Below, in pieces: positions 16,919-26,101 of a stretch of 26,219 bases of DNA. The notes below the pieces were generated by a model. It saw only the letters and a program-made list of their open reading frames with translations. It ran no database searches and was not told where the DNA came from. The position numbers and the translations under genes were made by a program. This DNA is from a virus (lineage: Duplodnaviria > Caudoviricetes). Position 1 is the stretch's first letter. Each line of letters begins with the position of its first letter. Location of the stretch: positions 1-26,219 of the IMG/VR virus record IMGVR_UViG_3300037462_000335; one strand, 5' to 3'.

Positions 16919-17484
16919 TCCTCGCCCACCGCGTACTGGAAGTTGTGGGCGCGGTTGCCCGCGGCGTAGATCAGGGCGGGGTGAATGCGGCGCAGCACGG
17001 TATCAGGAATGTTGCCCGCCTTGTCGCGCTCGTATTCGACCGTCTTGCCATCGGTCCCGTCGAGATTCTCCCATCCATCGACAAAGCGCTGGAAGGCAAG
17101 GATCGGCATCAGGTTGCGATAGCGGGCGTTCTGTTCGACCAGCTGGCGGTAGGGCGGCCAGCTTTTGGCAAGGATGGTCTGGATTTCCGCGATCTGGGTC
17201 TGTTCGGCCTCGCTGATCTCGGCAGGGCCCGCCTCGCTGTTGACGCTGCGCAGCAGCTGCTCGAGCTCGTCGGCATCCTCGCCCGCAAGCGCGTGCACCC
17301 CGGCGATCGCCGTGTCGAGCATCACGAAGGCCGGGACAGGTGCGGCCTGATGCCGCCCTTCGAGTTCCGCGTCGAACGCGGCGCGCTCCATCAGGCTGGC
17401 CATGCGCAGGCGGAAGGCGGGGCGGGTGTCCGCCTCGCCTTCCTTGGGCTCTGCGCCGGGGCGGTACCAGGTATGGTCCTGCAT
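16909..17484 (-). CDS. Tail assembly chaperone (gpG-like), 191 aa
   Basis: Follows the tail tube gene, GAGG SD before ATG 17484 (start revised from 17610), and ends EEKN* at a slippery site. Confidence 0.85.
   Translation of the reverse strand: MQDHTWYRPGAEPKEGEADTRPAFRLRMASLMERAAFDAELEGRHQAAPVPAFVMLDTAIAGVHALAGEDADELEQLLRSVNSEAGPAEISEAEQTQIAEIQTILAKSWPPYRQLVEQNARYRNLMPILAFQRFVDGWENLDGTDGKTVEYERDKAGNIPDTVLRRIHPALIYAAGNRAHNFQYAVGEEKN
16912..16918 (-). promoter_or_regulatory. -1 programmed ribosomal frameshift heptamer A AAA AAC
   Basis: GAG GAA AAA AAC TGA at the end of the gpG-like gene fits X XXY YYZ. Confidence 0.85.
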
Positions 17485-17494
17485 CCGCTGCGCC

Positions 17495-18721
17495 TCAGTA
17501 GAAGCACAGGACAGCATCGCTGTCCCGCGTCTGCGGATCGACGCCCGAATTGAGCGTGAGCAGCGACAGTTCTTCGGTGCGGAAAATGCCGCGCCGGCCC
17601 GGCGTGACATCGGCGGGCTGGGTCAGCGGCGTGGTCAGGGACCAGCGGTTGCCCGCCGCCGTGCCGCAGCGGATCACCGCCGGATATCGCGTGCCTGCCT
17701 CGATATCGGCGATGACGTTGCGGACCGACACCAGCGTGTCGATCGGGTCGAGCGTGAGGGTCCCGGCGCGGCGGCTGATTTCCGCCGGACCGAAGCCGAA
17801 CGGCGTGTTCGGATCGTCGCTCACTTCCATCGCCTGGTTCATGCCGAGCTGCCAGTTGCGCACGGCGATCGGCAGGCGGTTCAGCAGGACCGAATTGTTG
17901 ACGCCGCTCGAACCGATCGCGAGCGTCGGCGCGGTGTGTTGCGCCACGGTATCGGCCGGACGGGCGACATCGGACTTGCCGAGGTAATTGCCCATGAAGC
18001 GGAAGGTCATGAATCCGGGCCGCGCCGTCTCGCCGGCGAAGTCGACCGAACCGCGCAGGCCCACGAACTTCCGCAGGACGCCGTCTTCGTAGATGTAGAG
18101 CGTGCCCGAAGGGTGATCGGTCGCCCGCGCGCTGAGATCCGCAGGGCTGGTCGGCGCATAGGTCCAGTTGGCGGGCAGGGCAGCATTGACGGTCGCACCC
18201 AGCGCGGTGCCGAACGCATCGGCCAGCGTCGCCGCGCGGCCAGCGGTGTAATCGGTGATATGCGCGGTGCGCCCACCCGAAGAACCGCCCGACAGCACCA
18301 GCGGCATGCCGCGATAAAGCTGCGCCGTTGCCGCGAAGGGCGCGGCGAGCGTGGCCGAGCTGACCGTACCCGATGCCAGCGCGGTCGAAGCCACTGCGTC
18401 GGTGAACAGGCCGCGCCAGCCACAGGCCTGCAACAGCGCGTGGTGCGGCGGGCGGATGCTGGCGGAATAGGTCGCACCTGCTCCCGCGCCCTTCATGCGC
18501 ACGCGGAAGGTCACTTCCACCGCCTGACCGATCACCAGCGGCGCCGCAGCAGCCAGCGATCCGTTCGCTTCTTGCGAGGCTTCGGAACGATACGGCCCGT
18601 TATATTCGACGCTGTCGAATTCGAAGGGGAAGGCATCGGATGCACCCGGGGCCGCATCGACCCCTTCGGTGGTTTCGATCTTGAACCGCATGGCAACATT
18701 GCCGTGGCGAATTCTGGTCAT
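17495..18721 (-). CDS. Major tail tube protein, 408 aa
   Basis: Position between the terminator and the chaperones, N-terminal KIETTEGVDAAP, LLQACG, and an AGGAG SD. Confidence 0.85.
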   Translation of the reverse strand: MTRIRHGNVAMRFKIETTEGVDAAPGASDAFPFEFDSVEYNGPYRSEASQEANGSLAAAAPLVIGQAVEVTFRVRMKGAGAGATYSASIRPPHHALLQACGWRGLFTDAVASTALASGTVSSATLAAPFAATAQLYRGMPLVLSGGSSGGRTAHITDYTAGRAATLADAFGTALGATVNAALPANWTYAPTSPADLSARATDHPSGTLYIYEDGVLRKFVGLRGSVDFAGETARPGFMTFRFMGNYLGKSDVARPADTVAQHTAPTLAIGSSGVNNSVLLNRLPIAVRNWQLGMNQAMEVSDDPNTPFGFGPAEISRRAGTLTLDPIDTLVSVRNVIADIEAGTRYPAVIRCGTAAGNRWSLTTPLTQPADVTPGRRGIFRTEELSLLTLNSGVDPQTRDSDAVLCFY

Positions 18722-18742
18722 GTTGGTCTCCTAGGCAGGTTG

Positions 18743-19177
18743 TTATGCGGGTTCTTGGGGTTCACCGAACCGCGTGTGGTAAAGAATGGCGAGCTCGAGC
18801 CCGAAGCCGAGCCGGTGATCGGCAGCGTTCTCGGCCACCGCCATGTTCAGCCGCTCGATGCGGATCTCGGTGGCGAGACCGCCGAGCACGGGTTGCGGGA
18901 ACAAGGCCTCGATCACAGCGGCGTAGAGCGCGTTGGCGGCGCTGTGCGGGGCATCTCCGGCAACGAAGCCGTCAATGCCGACCGACATGACGAACGCCAT
19001 CGTGTCGGTTTCTTCTTCTTCGCGGGCAGCGGCATCGCCCTGGTCGAAGATGAACAGCGCCGGGAACTGGGTCGGATTGCCGCCCGGCATCCGGCGCACC
19101 TCGCCGATCGCCGGGGTGGTGATCGCTGCAAGCCGCGCATCGATCGCGACGAAGATCTGTTCGCGAACCGCCGTCAT
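18743..19177 (-). CDS. Tail terminator (lambda gpU-like), 144 aa
   Basis: Acidic protein, REQI...AI...L start, LGGLA motif, and position. Confidence 0.75.
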   Translation of the reverse strand: MTAVREQIFVAIDARLAAITTPAIGEVRRMPGGNPTQFPALFIFDQGDAAAREEEETDTMAFVMSVGIDGFVAGDAPHSAANALYAAVIEALFPQPVLGGLATEIRIERLNMAVAENAADHRLGFGLELAILYHTRFGEPQEPA

Positions 19178-19491
19178 GCCGATTTCACCGTGACGCGGAA
19201 CGCATCGACATCGTCGATATCGACCAGCGCGATCACGTTCCAGATCGCGCCGGCGCCATTGCCCTCGATCAGGATATCACCCTCCCGCGGGGTCCCGGCG
19301 AGGTCTTCCTTGCGGATCTCGAAGGTCAGGCTTCGCGCGCTTTCATCGGCATAGAGCGAACCCGCCGCACCATGCGTTCGCACGGCGACAAGCGATTTCG
19401 AGACCACCCCGGCGCCAGTGTAGCGCACCAGCTTGCCCATCGCATTGTGGATGGCGCGGGCTGCGGCATCGCCGCCGGGGAGATCGGTCAC
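19174..19491 (-). CDS. Head-tail joining protein (gpFII-like), 105 aa
   Basis: PREGD motif, size and position. Confidence 0.7.
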   Translation of the reverse strand: MTDLPGGDAAARAIHNAMGKLVRYTGAGVVSKSLVAVRTHGAAGSLYADESARSLTFEIRKEDLAGTPREGDILIEGNGAGAIWNVIALVDIDDVDAFRVTVKSA

Positions 19492-19497
19492 GGGACG

Positions 19498-19707
19498 CTA
19501 TTCCGCTTCGTCCGAGGCCGAGTCGGGCACAATACGCGAACGGCTGCGCGCCGCCGGGGCCTCGACAGCCGAGGAGGCATCGACCAGCGCCTTGGCAAAC
19601 TCGGGCGTGATGTCACGCTCGCCTTCGCCGACGGTGACGGTTTCGCCCGCATCGCGGCGCGCGCCGGCATTGTCGATGGCGGGCGTGTGAAGAATGATCG
19701 CTTTCAC
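19498..19707 (-). CDS. Small head-region hypothetical protein, 69 aa
   Basis: GTGA overlap with the upstream gene. Motif AGETVTV...AKALV. Confidence 0.65.
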   Translation of the reverse strand: MKAIILHTPAIDNAGARRDAGETVTVGEGERDITPEFAKALVDASSAVEAPAARSRSRIVPDSASDEAE

Positions 19708-19994
19708 TGACCCGACCCTCTGTTGTCGTCAGCGTCGTTCCCAGTGCCCGCGTCGTCGCCGTCGCCATCGTCTTCGACTTCATCGCCGCCCAGATCTGGC
19801 GCAGGGACACCAGCGGCGAGCACCTCGTAGACGCTCCGGCGCACAACGCGCTTCTGGTTGGCGGCGATGTCGATCTGTTCCTTGGGAACGCCGGTGATCC
19901 GCTCACCCGCCTCAAAGGCCTTGCCGTCGATCAGGATGGTGGTGGCCGCAACCAGCGGATCGGCCTTGGTCTTCTTTTCAGTGGTCATGGTCAT
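19704..19994 (-). CDS. Small head-region hypothetical protein with an acidic tail, 94-96 aa
   Basis: AAGGA SD (start 19994 or 19988), DGKAFEAGERI motif, and a D/E-rich C-terminus. Confidence 0.7.
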   Translation of the reverse strand: MTMTTEKKTKADPLVAATTILIDGKAFEAGERITGVPKEQIDIAANQKRVVRRSVYEVLAAGVPAPDLGGDEVEDDGDGDDAGTGNDADDNRGSGQ

Positions 19995-20024
19995 GGTCCT
20001 TGCGCTTGGAGTGTCGCTTGGGGT

Positions 20025-20117
20025 CTGCCCCGCTCTGTCGCTTCAGGGGGAGGAGGAGAGAGGAGGGAGCGGGGCAGGCCGCAAGTCCGGGGACGGCAGG
20101 CGGCCGCCGCCCCCGGA
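20025..20117 (-). terminator. Two strong hairpins downstream of the capsid gene (mRNA stabiliser or attenuator; no U-tract)
   Basis: Perfect 11-bp stem 20025-20035 / 20067-20077, and an imperfect GC-rich stem 20086-20117. Confidence 0.5.
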
Positions 20118-20132
20118 TGCTCAGATCGGCGG

Positions 20133-22172
20133 TCAGGTCGCCGGAGTGAGCGCGTCAACCATGGCGGCGAAGCTCGCGGCGTTGCGCACCGCGAAATCGA
20201 CGTCCTGGAAGGCATGCACGCGGACGGCACCCTGATCGGCCAGCGCGTACTGGTTGACCATCAGGTCGAGCCCGCTCCACATGCCGAGGATCAGGTCCGA
20301 CCAGTTGCCGAAGATCACGGCCGAGCAGACGCCCGAGCTGCTGCCCTTGGTGAGGTTGCCCGGCACCTGGTTGGATACGCCGGTCCGGTAGCCGTTGAGC
20401 GGCTCGTTGCCGCCGTCCCAGATCGTCGCCTCGGTCGAGGAGCCGAACTTGGTGGTCTTCTTGGCGTGGCCGCGGGTCTTTGCGTTGATCAGGTAACCGA
20501 GGTTGCCGATCGCCGCGTTGGCGGTGGCAGCCTGCGTTTCCAGATCGACGATGTGACCGTAGCTCAGCGCCGCGCCGTTGGTCCCGCCAATCACCGAACC
20601 GATACCGGCGGTGTTGAGGATGCCGCGGGGCTGGTTCGATGCGCCCGTGCCGTTGATACCGGCCGCATCGATCGCCAGTGCGAGCACCAGCGCCAGATCC
20701 GAACGGACGAAGGCTTCGACATCGATGGAGCTCTGCAGCAGCAGGCGGCGGCTGATGTCGGTGAACGCGCCCACCGTCTTCGGGGTGAGCGGCACCTGCC
20801 CGAAGCTCTGCTGGCTTTCGGTCGGCACGCCGGATTCCGCGACCCAGTAAGCGGTCGCGCCGCCGGTCTGACGCGGGATTGCGAGGTTGCCGTTGAGGTC
20901 GGCCATCATGCGGATGCCCATCTGGTTCAGCGCCAGCTGGTTGCGCAGCAGATCGATGAAGGCCGAGGCCATCAGGTCGGTGGAGACGGTGTTGCCACCA
21001 TCCGCCGCCGTGCCGACGGTCAGGTCGCGCTGCCCTTCGAGAAGAGCGGTGCGGATGACGTCAACCGGAACGGTTGCGTTGCCGCGATGCTCGCGGCCGG
21101 AACGGGCGCGGGCCGCGTTCGAGGCTTCGAGCTCGAAACCGGCAGCGTCCTGCGCAGCGCGGTCGTTCGGATTGGCGAGCGCATTCAGCATGCGAATGAA
21201 GCTGAAGTTGCGGGCCTCGCGCTGGGTCAGGCCGATTTCCGGGTTCTCGGCCGTGCGGATCTGCGAGGCATTGCCGGCACGGGCCTGATAGTCCGAGATG
21301 AACTGTTCGAGGCTGCGACCTTCGGTGATCGCGGTTTCGGCCAGCTCGGCGCAGTTGAGTCGCTCGCCCATCGCCCGGATATTGGCAATGCGGCTGCGTT
21401 CCTCGCGGCGCACTTCGTCGGCAGTCGGTCCAGCGGGTGCCGCCGGAATGACCGGCGAACCGGCTTCGCGGGTTTCGATGACAGGGGTGGCCGTGGCGGC
21501 CGTGGCGACAGCAGCGGGCGCAGCGCCCCCGCCGGCATTACGGAATCCAGACATATCGTCTTCCTCTTCGGTTTCGGTTTGGAGAAGTGTGCGCGGGTCG
21601 AACCCCGCAGGTTCGCCATCGCGCCCGACACCGACCGACGGATCGGCAGGCACGGCCACGAGGCTGATTTCGTAGGGTTCCCAGTCGGTGGCGCGGTAGG
21701 TTTCCGCTCCATCCTTGGCCTTTTCGAGGACCAGTTCATGGATGCGGTAGCCAACGCTCACCAGCTTGCGGATGCCGTCCTTGACATCCTGAAAGACCTC
21801 TTCCGCACGCGCCGATCGACCAAACCGGACAACCGCGTAGGCCTTGCGCCCTTTGATCCAGGCGCGTTCCACAACACCCACCTGGTCGCGGGTGTTGTGG
21901 TCCATCAGCAAGGCACCGCCCGCGTTCAGGCGGCCAAGCCTGACGGAGGCGGACTTGTGATCCAGAACCTCGGTCCCCCACCAACGCTGGTAGGGTTCTT
22001 CCGAGGAGAAGCTGAGCTCGACCGTGCGAGCCTCTTCATTGATCGTTTCCGCGCGGACCTCGAAGGCCAGCTCGCGGGTCAGCTGCTCGGCGGGCAGGGC
22101 CTCGCCATCGCGGGCAAGCATCGTCGCGGCGACCGCCAGATTGGCGGCGCCGAGCAGGGCAATCTTTTTCAT
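20133..22172 (-). CDS. Fused HK97-type prohead protease + major capsid protein, 679 aa
   Basis: Protease motifs LLMDH, VSVGY and YEISLVAVPAD, followed by a capsid fold with GG..V..DL, AYWVAE, QPRGIL and IFGNWSDL. Confidence 0.95.
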   Translation of the reverse strand: MKKIALLGAANLAVAATMLARDGEALPAEQLTRELAFEVRAETINEEARTVELSFSSEEPYQRWWGTEVLDHKSASVRLGRLNAGGALLMDHNTRDQVGVVERAWIKGRKAYAVVRFGRSARAEEVFQDVKDGIRKLVSVGYRIHELVLEKAKDGAETYRATDWEPYEISLVAVPADPSVGVGRDGEPAGFDPRTLLQTETEEEDDMSGFRNAGGGAAPAAVATAATATPVIETREAGSPVIPAAPAGPTADEVRREERSRIANIRAMGERLNCAELAETAITEGRSLEQFISDYQARAGNASQIRTAENPEIGLTQREARNFSFIRMLNALANPNDRAAQDAAGFELEASNAARARSGREHRGNATVPVDVIRTALLEGQRDLTVGTAADGGNTVSTDLMASAFIDLLRNQLALNQMGIRMMADLNGNLAIPRQTGGATAYWVAESGVPTESQQSFGQVPLTPKTVGAFTDISRRLLLQSSIDVEAFVRSDLALVLALAIDAAGINGTGASNQPRGILNTAGIGSVIGGTNGAALSYGHIVDLETQAATANAAIGNLGYLINAKTRGHAKKTTKFGSSTEATIWDGGNEPLNGYRTGVSNQVPGNLTKGSSSGVCSAVIFGNWSDLILGMWSGLDLMVNQYALADQGAVRVHAFQDVDFAVRNAASFAAMVDALTPAT

Positions 22173-22177
22173 CGGGT

Positions 22178-23731
22178 TTACTCCTGATCGTCAGCCGGTC
22201 GCGCCGGAGCCTGTCCGGTCGCCCGCGGGGCGGCAAAGCCGCGTTCGTCTTCCGCCTCGAGCTCGGACCAGACCTCTTCCGGATCCCGGCCACGTTCGCG
22301 GATGATTTCGGCGCGGCTCTTGATCCCGAGCGCCACCGCCTCGCGCAGCGCGGCGATATCGCTCTTGGGATCGACCCATTCCCAGCGCCGACCGAAGAAC
22401 ATCGGGGCGTTGAACTTGTCGAACTGCGCGTATGGCAGGCGCGAAAGATCGCGATCGTAGATCAGCGCGCGAGCCAGCCACCACTCATAGACCGGCACCT
22501 TGACCGCATCGATGTACCAGCCCTGCAGCTGCTTCCACATCTCCCGCTCGTCGAGCGTGCCCGCCCGGATCGAGGAGAAATTCACCTGCGTCAGATCTCC
22601 GGTCAGCCCGTGGTAGCTGACCAGACAACCGGTCGCGATCGTGCGGCTGACCGCCTTGACGAAGGGGTCGTAATTGGCGTGCGGATAGTCCGGGTCCCAG
22701 TCGACCAACTCGTACCCGTCCGGGATCACATCGAACTGGCCGGGGGCAGCCTCGCTGATGAAATCCTGCCCCTGATCGTGGGGCTCGCCGTCCGCTTCAT
22801 CATCGACCCGCATCGGGGGCCCGCCATCGGGATCCTTCTGCTGGAAAAAGCCCATCTTTGCCGCGCCGACATTGGCGGCAACCTGCGCCGCTTCCTGATA
22901 CTGGTCGAGCATCTTCGCGCTGCGCAGCGCCGCAAACGCCCATGGCACGCCGCGCCACTGGTTGATCTCTTCCGGCACGAAGAGGTGAATGATCTCCTCG
23001 GCCGGAATGCGGTCATAGTTGCGCGACCAGTTGCCTTGGATGTCGCTGTTGTTCGTCTCCTTGCGGATCCAATAGGCGACCGGCTTCATGAACCCGTCGA
23101 ACTCCACACCCATGCGGATGCGATGCCCGTTCTCGATCTCGCGGTTCAGTTCCTCGTCGAGCACATGGCCGGGCAGCAGCTGCAGCTGGCACCCGTGAAT
23201 GCCGCGATCGCTGCCTTCGACCTTGCGGATCAGAACTTCGCCGTCGCGCGCAACCATCGCGATGGCCAGCGCATCGAACAGGTTCTCACTCAGCCGGCCA
23301 GTGACATCGTACTGGCCCATCTTGGCCCAGCGCGCATAGGCAGCCTGCAGCCGCGCGCTGTCTTGCTCGTCGCGGCTTCCATCGCTGCGCCGCGCGTCGA
23401 CCTTGAGCGTGAAGCCCGCCGGACCAACCACATTGTTGCGCACCAGGCTGCCGAACTTGCGCCCGTATTCGTGATTCCGGAAGAAGTCCCGGCTGCGCGC
23501 CCGCATCACCCTGAGGTGACGATAGAGCGACTGATTGATGTTCTGGTCCGTCGTCGTCCAGCTGCTGGTGAGCCGGTCCTGCCGTCCCACCTCAAAACTG
23601 CGCGACAGGCCCTGCCGCGCTGCGCGAGACATCATGTGCCGGGGCAGGCGAGCGAACGGCGGCAGTTCCGGCACCAGCTCGACATCATCGTCTGGCACTG
23701 CGCGGCCGAATTCGAAACCGAGGATCTTCAT
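22178..23731 (-). CDS. Portal protein, lambda family, 517 aa
   Basis: RARSRD..RN, DGEV, RMGVEFD, QWRGVP, NFSSIRAG and WVDPKSD. Confidence 0.95.
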   Translation of the reverse strand: MKILGFEFGRAVPDDDVELVPELPPFARLPRHMMSRAARQGLSRSFEVGRQDRLTSSWTTTDQNINQSLYRHLRVMRARSRDFFRNHEYGRKFGSLVRNNVVGPAGFTLKVDARRSDGSRDEQDSARLQAAYARWAKMGQYDVTGRLSENLFDALAIAMVARDGEVLIRKVEGSDRGIHGCQLQLLPGHVLDEELNREIENGHRIRMGVEFDGFMKPVAYWIRKETNNSDIQGNWSRNYDRIPAEEIIHLFVPEEINQWRGVPWAFAALRSAKMLDQYQEAAQVAANVGAAKMGFFQQKDPDGGPPMRVDDEADGEPHDQGQDFISEAAPGQFDVIPDGYELVDWDPDYPHANYDPFVKAVSRTIATGCLVSYHGLTGDLTQVNFSSIRAGTLDEREMWKQLQGWYIDAVKVPVYEWWLARALIYDRDLSRLPYAQFDKFNAPMFFGRRWEWVDPKSDIAALREAVALGIKSRAEIIRERGRDPEEVWSELEAEDERGFAAPRATGQAPARPADDQE

Positions 23732-23732
23732 C

Positions 23733-24266
23733 TCAGAGCCTCACCAGCACGCGCTTCGGCCCGCGACCCTTGGTCGCCTCGCGGGCGACGATCCGGGCGT
23801 AATGCTTGCGCAGCGCCAGAAGATCAGCGTGCGGGACTTTGTCCAGCGCGCGACCGTCGGCGAAGGTGAACTTCATGTCTTCAGAACTGGCGCGGTTTTC
23901 CAGCACAGCATCGATCGCATCGAGCGCGCGCCGCGCCGGGCTGCGCTGGTCCTGCGCAGTCTTCGCCGGATCGGGCAGCACCTCGATTTGTCCGCTGTCG
24001 ATAGTCGAGCGGTCCCCATCCTTGGTCGCTGCGATCATATAGCGATACGGCCCCGGATCGAACGCGGTCGAAACCGCCGAGGTCACCGCAACCGCCCAGT
24101 CCTCACCGTCGGCCGTTGCGGCGACAGTCACCGGATCCCCGCCCGCGAGCGCCTGCAGCACCAGAGCCACCGCCCAGCCTGCCGATTCCGGATAGTCCCC
24201 GGACGGGACCGCCAGACGCAGACTGTCGCCCGCAATCATCTGCGCGGGCATCCGGTTCAGGGTCAT
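23733..24266 (-). CDS. Head-tail adaptor (gpW-like C-terminal part), 177 aa
   Basis: Lies between terminase and portal, with ARRALDAIDAVL...GRAL...DLLALRKHY. Confidence 0.75.
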   Translation of the reverse strand: MTLNRMPAQMIAGDSLRLAVPSGDYPESAGWAVALVLQALAGGDPVTVAATADGEDWAVAVTSAVSTAFDPGPYRYMIAATKDGDRSTIDSGQIEVLPDPAKTAQDQRSPARRALDAIDAVLENRASSEDMKFTFADGRALDKVPHADLLALRKHYARIVAREATKGRGPKRVLVRL

Positions 24267-24274
24267 GGCATGTC

Positions 24275-26101
24275 CTAATTGAGGCGGCCCATCCAGCCTT
24301 TGCCCCTGCGCACCGGCACCTTGCGGCGTCGGGGCGCAGGGACCGGCGGGGGCTGGTCAGTCTCTGTCTCTGTCTCGGTTGGCAGCAACTCTGCCTCGGG
24401 CACGGGGTCAGCTTCGGACGCAGTTGCCGCCTTGTTCGGCCACAGCACTGAAAATCCGCGCCACACCCAGCGCATGTCCACACGGCTCTGAGCATAGCCC
24501 GGCCGCAGCAGCGTCGCCTCGCCGTAGACGAGATGGTCCCAGGTCTCGTTACGGGTGCGCCGCTTTTTCCACTTGCCGTCGACCAGCTCTTCGGCGGCGA
24601 TTTCCTCGACGTATTCCATGCCCAGATCACCGGGCAGATGGATGTATCCCGGCCCCGGCTGCGTGCGCCGCAGGCGGGCATCGATCATGTTCTTGATCCG
24701 GTGGACATTCGGGATCCACAGGCGAGCGGAACGCCGCTTGGCGCCGCCCCTGATTTTCTGGTCGGCAAACTGCCCCGCTGGCATCAGCGGCGCTGTCGGT
24801 TTTGACCCCCCCTTCAACAGGGTTATCCGCCGCTCGTGCACACCCAGTGCCACAGCCGCTGCGAAGAAGAATTTCGCGCCTTCCGTCGCCTGGTCACCAC
24901 TCTTGTCGGAACCGCCGGTGTCGACCGCCACACCCATGATCGGGGCATGGCCAACGATTTGGCCGACCTCGATCACCTCGCCCCGATCGACATTGACCCG
25001 GGCACCTTCCACCATCGGGACCTTGCGGTCGAACAGAGGGAGCAGGGCCTTCCAGTGTTCCTTATGCACGAAGGGCTGCACGCCGGTGATCCCGTCGTCC
25101 AGCACGGTGATCGCAAACCGATCCACCACCCATGTCTCGCGCCCCGCGGCAAATCCGAGGATCGCCACTTCGAAGCGATCGTTCTGGACGTCGACCTGCG
25201 CCAGCAGCACCTTAGGGCCGCGCGGCACAGTGCCGACGCGCCATCCAGCTTCGCGGCGGCGGGCCAGTTCCTTGGCTTCGATCGGGCGTTCGCCCGACAA
25301 TTGCGAGCGGTAGTTCTTCCCGCCCTTAACGTTCCAGAAGGTGCGCAGCAGGCTTTCGTCCTGCCGTTCCTCCCAGGCAATCTCGGCCTCGCGCTGTTCG
25401 CGTGCCAGCTTCTCCCAGCTTGTGAAGCCCATCAGCCCGTCGCGCCGGAAGGTCCGGCGATACTTGCTGGCCGCCTTGTTATTGGCGACAAAGCCGCGGT
25501 TCGGCAGGTCCGCGAGGCTGCGCAGCACTTCGAACCGGGCGTCCGGCTCGAGGATGCAGCCATTGGCCCCGCATACCACATGTGCAGATGCCGCCGCCTC
25601 ATCCGGCGAGCCCTTCGCGAACTTCAGGTCACGGCGAATGTCGATTTCCCACCGCTCCCCGCAGCTGGGGCAGCGCGGATGCAATCTCTCGTCGGTCCCA
25701 CCCTCGACAAAGGCCTCGATACCGCCGCCTTCGACCGCGGGGCTTGACGAAACCAGCGTGGTCTCGCGCCCTTCGAACGTGGTCTGGCGACCGCGCAAGA
25801 GGCCGAGCAGGCCGCCTTCGCCCTCGATATCCTCGGGCATTGCATCGAAATCGTCTGCCCAGGTATTGCAATAGGGCCGCTGGCGCAGCTGTGATTTGAC
25901 GGGCCATGCCGCGCCGACATAGCAGCCCTTGAACAGCTTCAGGTGCATGTTGTCCGCGCTGCTGTCGGGCAGCAATGCATTCCGCAGCACCGGCACCGAT
26001 CGCACCAGTTCGTTGATGCGCAGCTTCACGAACGCCTCGGCAGCAGCCTTGTCGGGCTGCACCATCAGGAACGGCACGGCCGACCGGTCGACCGTCCACA
26101 T
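24275..26101 (-). CDS. Terminase large subunit (lambda GpA family), 5'-interrupted
   Basis: FLMVQPD, Walker B-like WADDFD, SSP, CPSCG, nuclease VDVQ and RNETWD are present. No Walker A-like motif is present, and an in-frame TGA lies at 26132-26134. Confidence 0.9.
   Translation of the reverse strand: MWTVDRSAVPFLMVQPDKAAAEAFVKLRINELVRSVPVLRNALLPDSSADNMHLKLFKGCYVGAAWPVKSQLRQRPYCNTWADDFDAMPEDIEGEGGLLGLLRGRQTTFEGRETTLVSSSPAVEGGGIEAFVEGGTDERLHPRCPSCGERWEIDIRRDLKFAKGSPDEAAASAHVVCGANGCILEPDARFEVLRSLADLPNRGFVANNKAASKYRRTFRRDGLMGFTSWEKLAREQREAEIAWEERQDESLLRTFWNVKGGKNYRSQLSGERPIEAKELARRREAGWRVGTVPRGPKVLLAQVDVQNDRFEVAILGFAAGRETWVVDRFAITVLDDGITGVQPFVHKEHWKALLPLFDRKVPMVEGARVNVDRGEVIEVGQIVGHAPIMGVAVDTGGSDKSGDQATEGAKFFFAAAVALGVHERRITLLKGGSKPTAPLMPAGQFADQKIRGGAKRRSARLWIPNVHRIKNMIDARLRRTQPGPGYIHLPGDLGMEYVEEIAAEELVDGKWKKRRTRNETWDHLVYGEATLLRPGYAQSRVDMRWVWRGFSVLWPNKAATASEADPVPEAELLPTETETETDQPPPVPAPRRRKVPVRRGKGWMGRLN

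Noticed and set aside
22110-22172. Signal-peptide-like N-terminus (MKKIALLGAANLAVAATMLA) of the protease-capsid protein
   Set aside because: Export is incompatible with cytoplasmic head assembly. It is probably a cleaved leader or coincidence and cannot be supported further.
24355-24380. Hexamer repeat encoding TETETET in the terminase tail
   Set aside because: About three in-frame copies in a disordered C-terminus, with no phase-variation potential.
9338-25874. Long plus-strand ORFs (e.g. 9338..11185, 14116..15717, 17402..19354, 20214..22187, 22610..23869)
   Set aside because: Antisense shadows of high-GC genes with biased codon usage. No motifs, and they fully overlap well-supported minus-strand genes.
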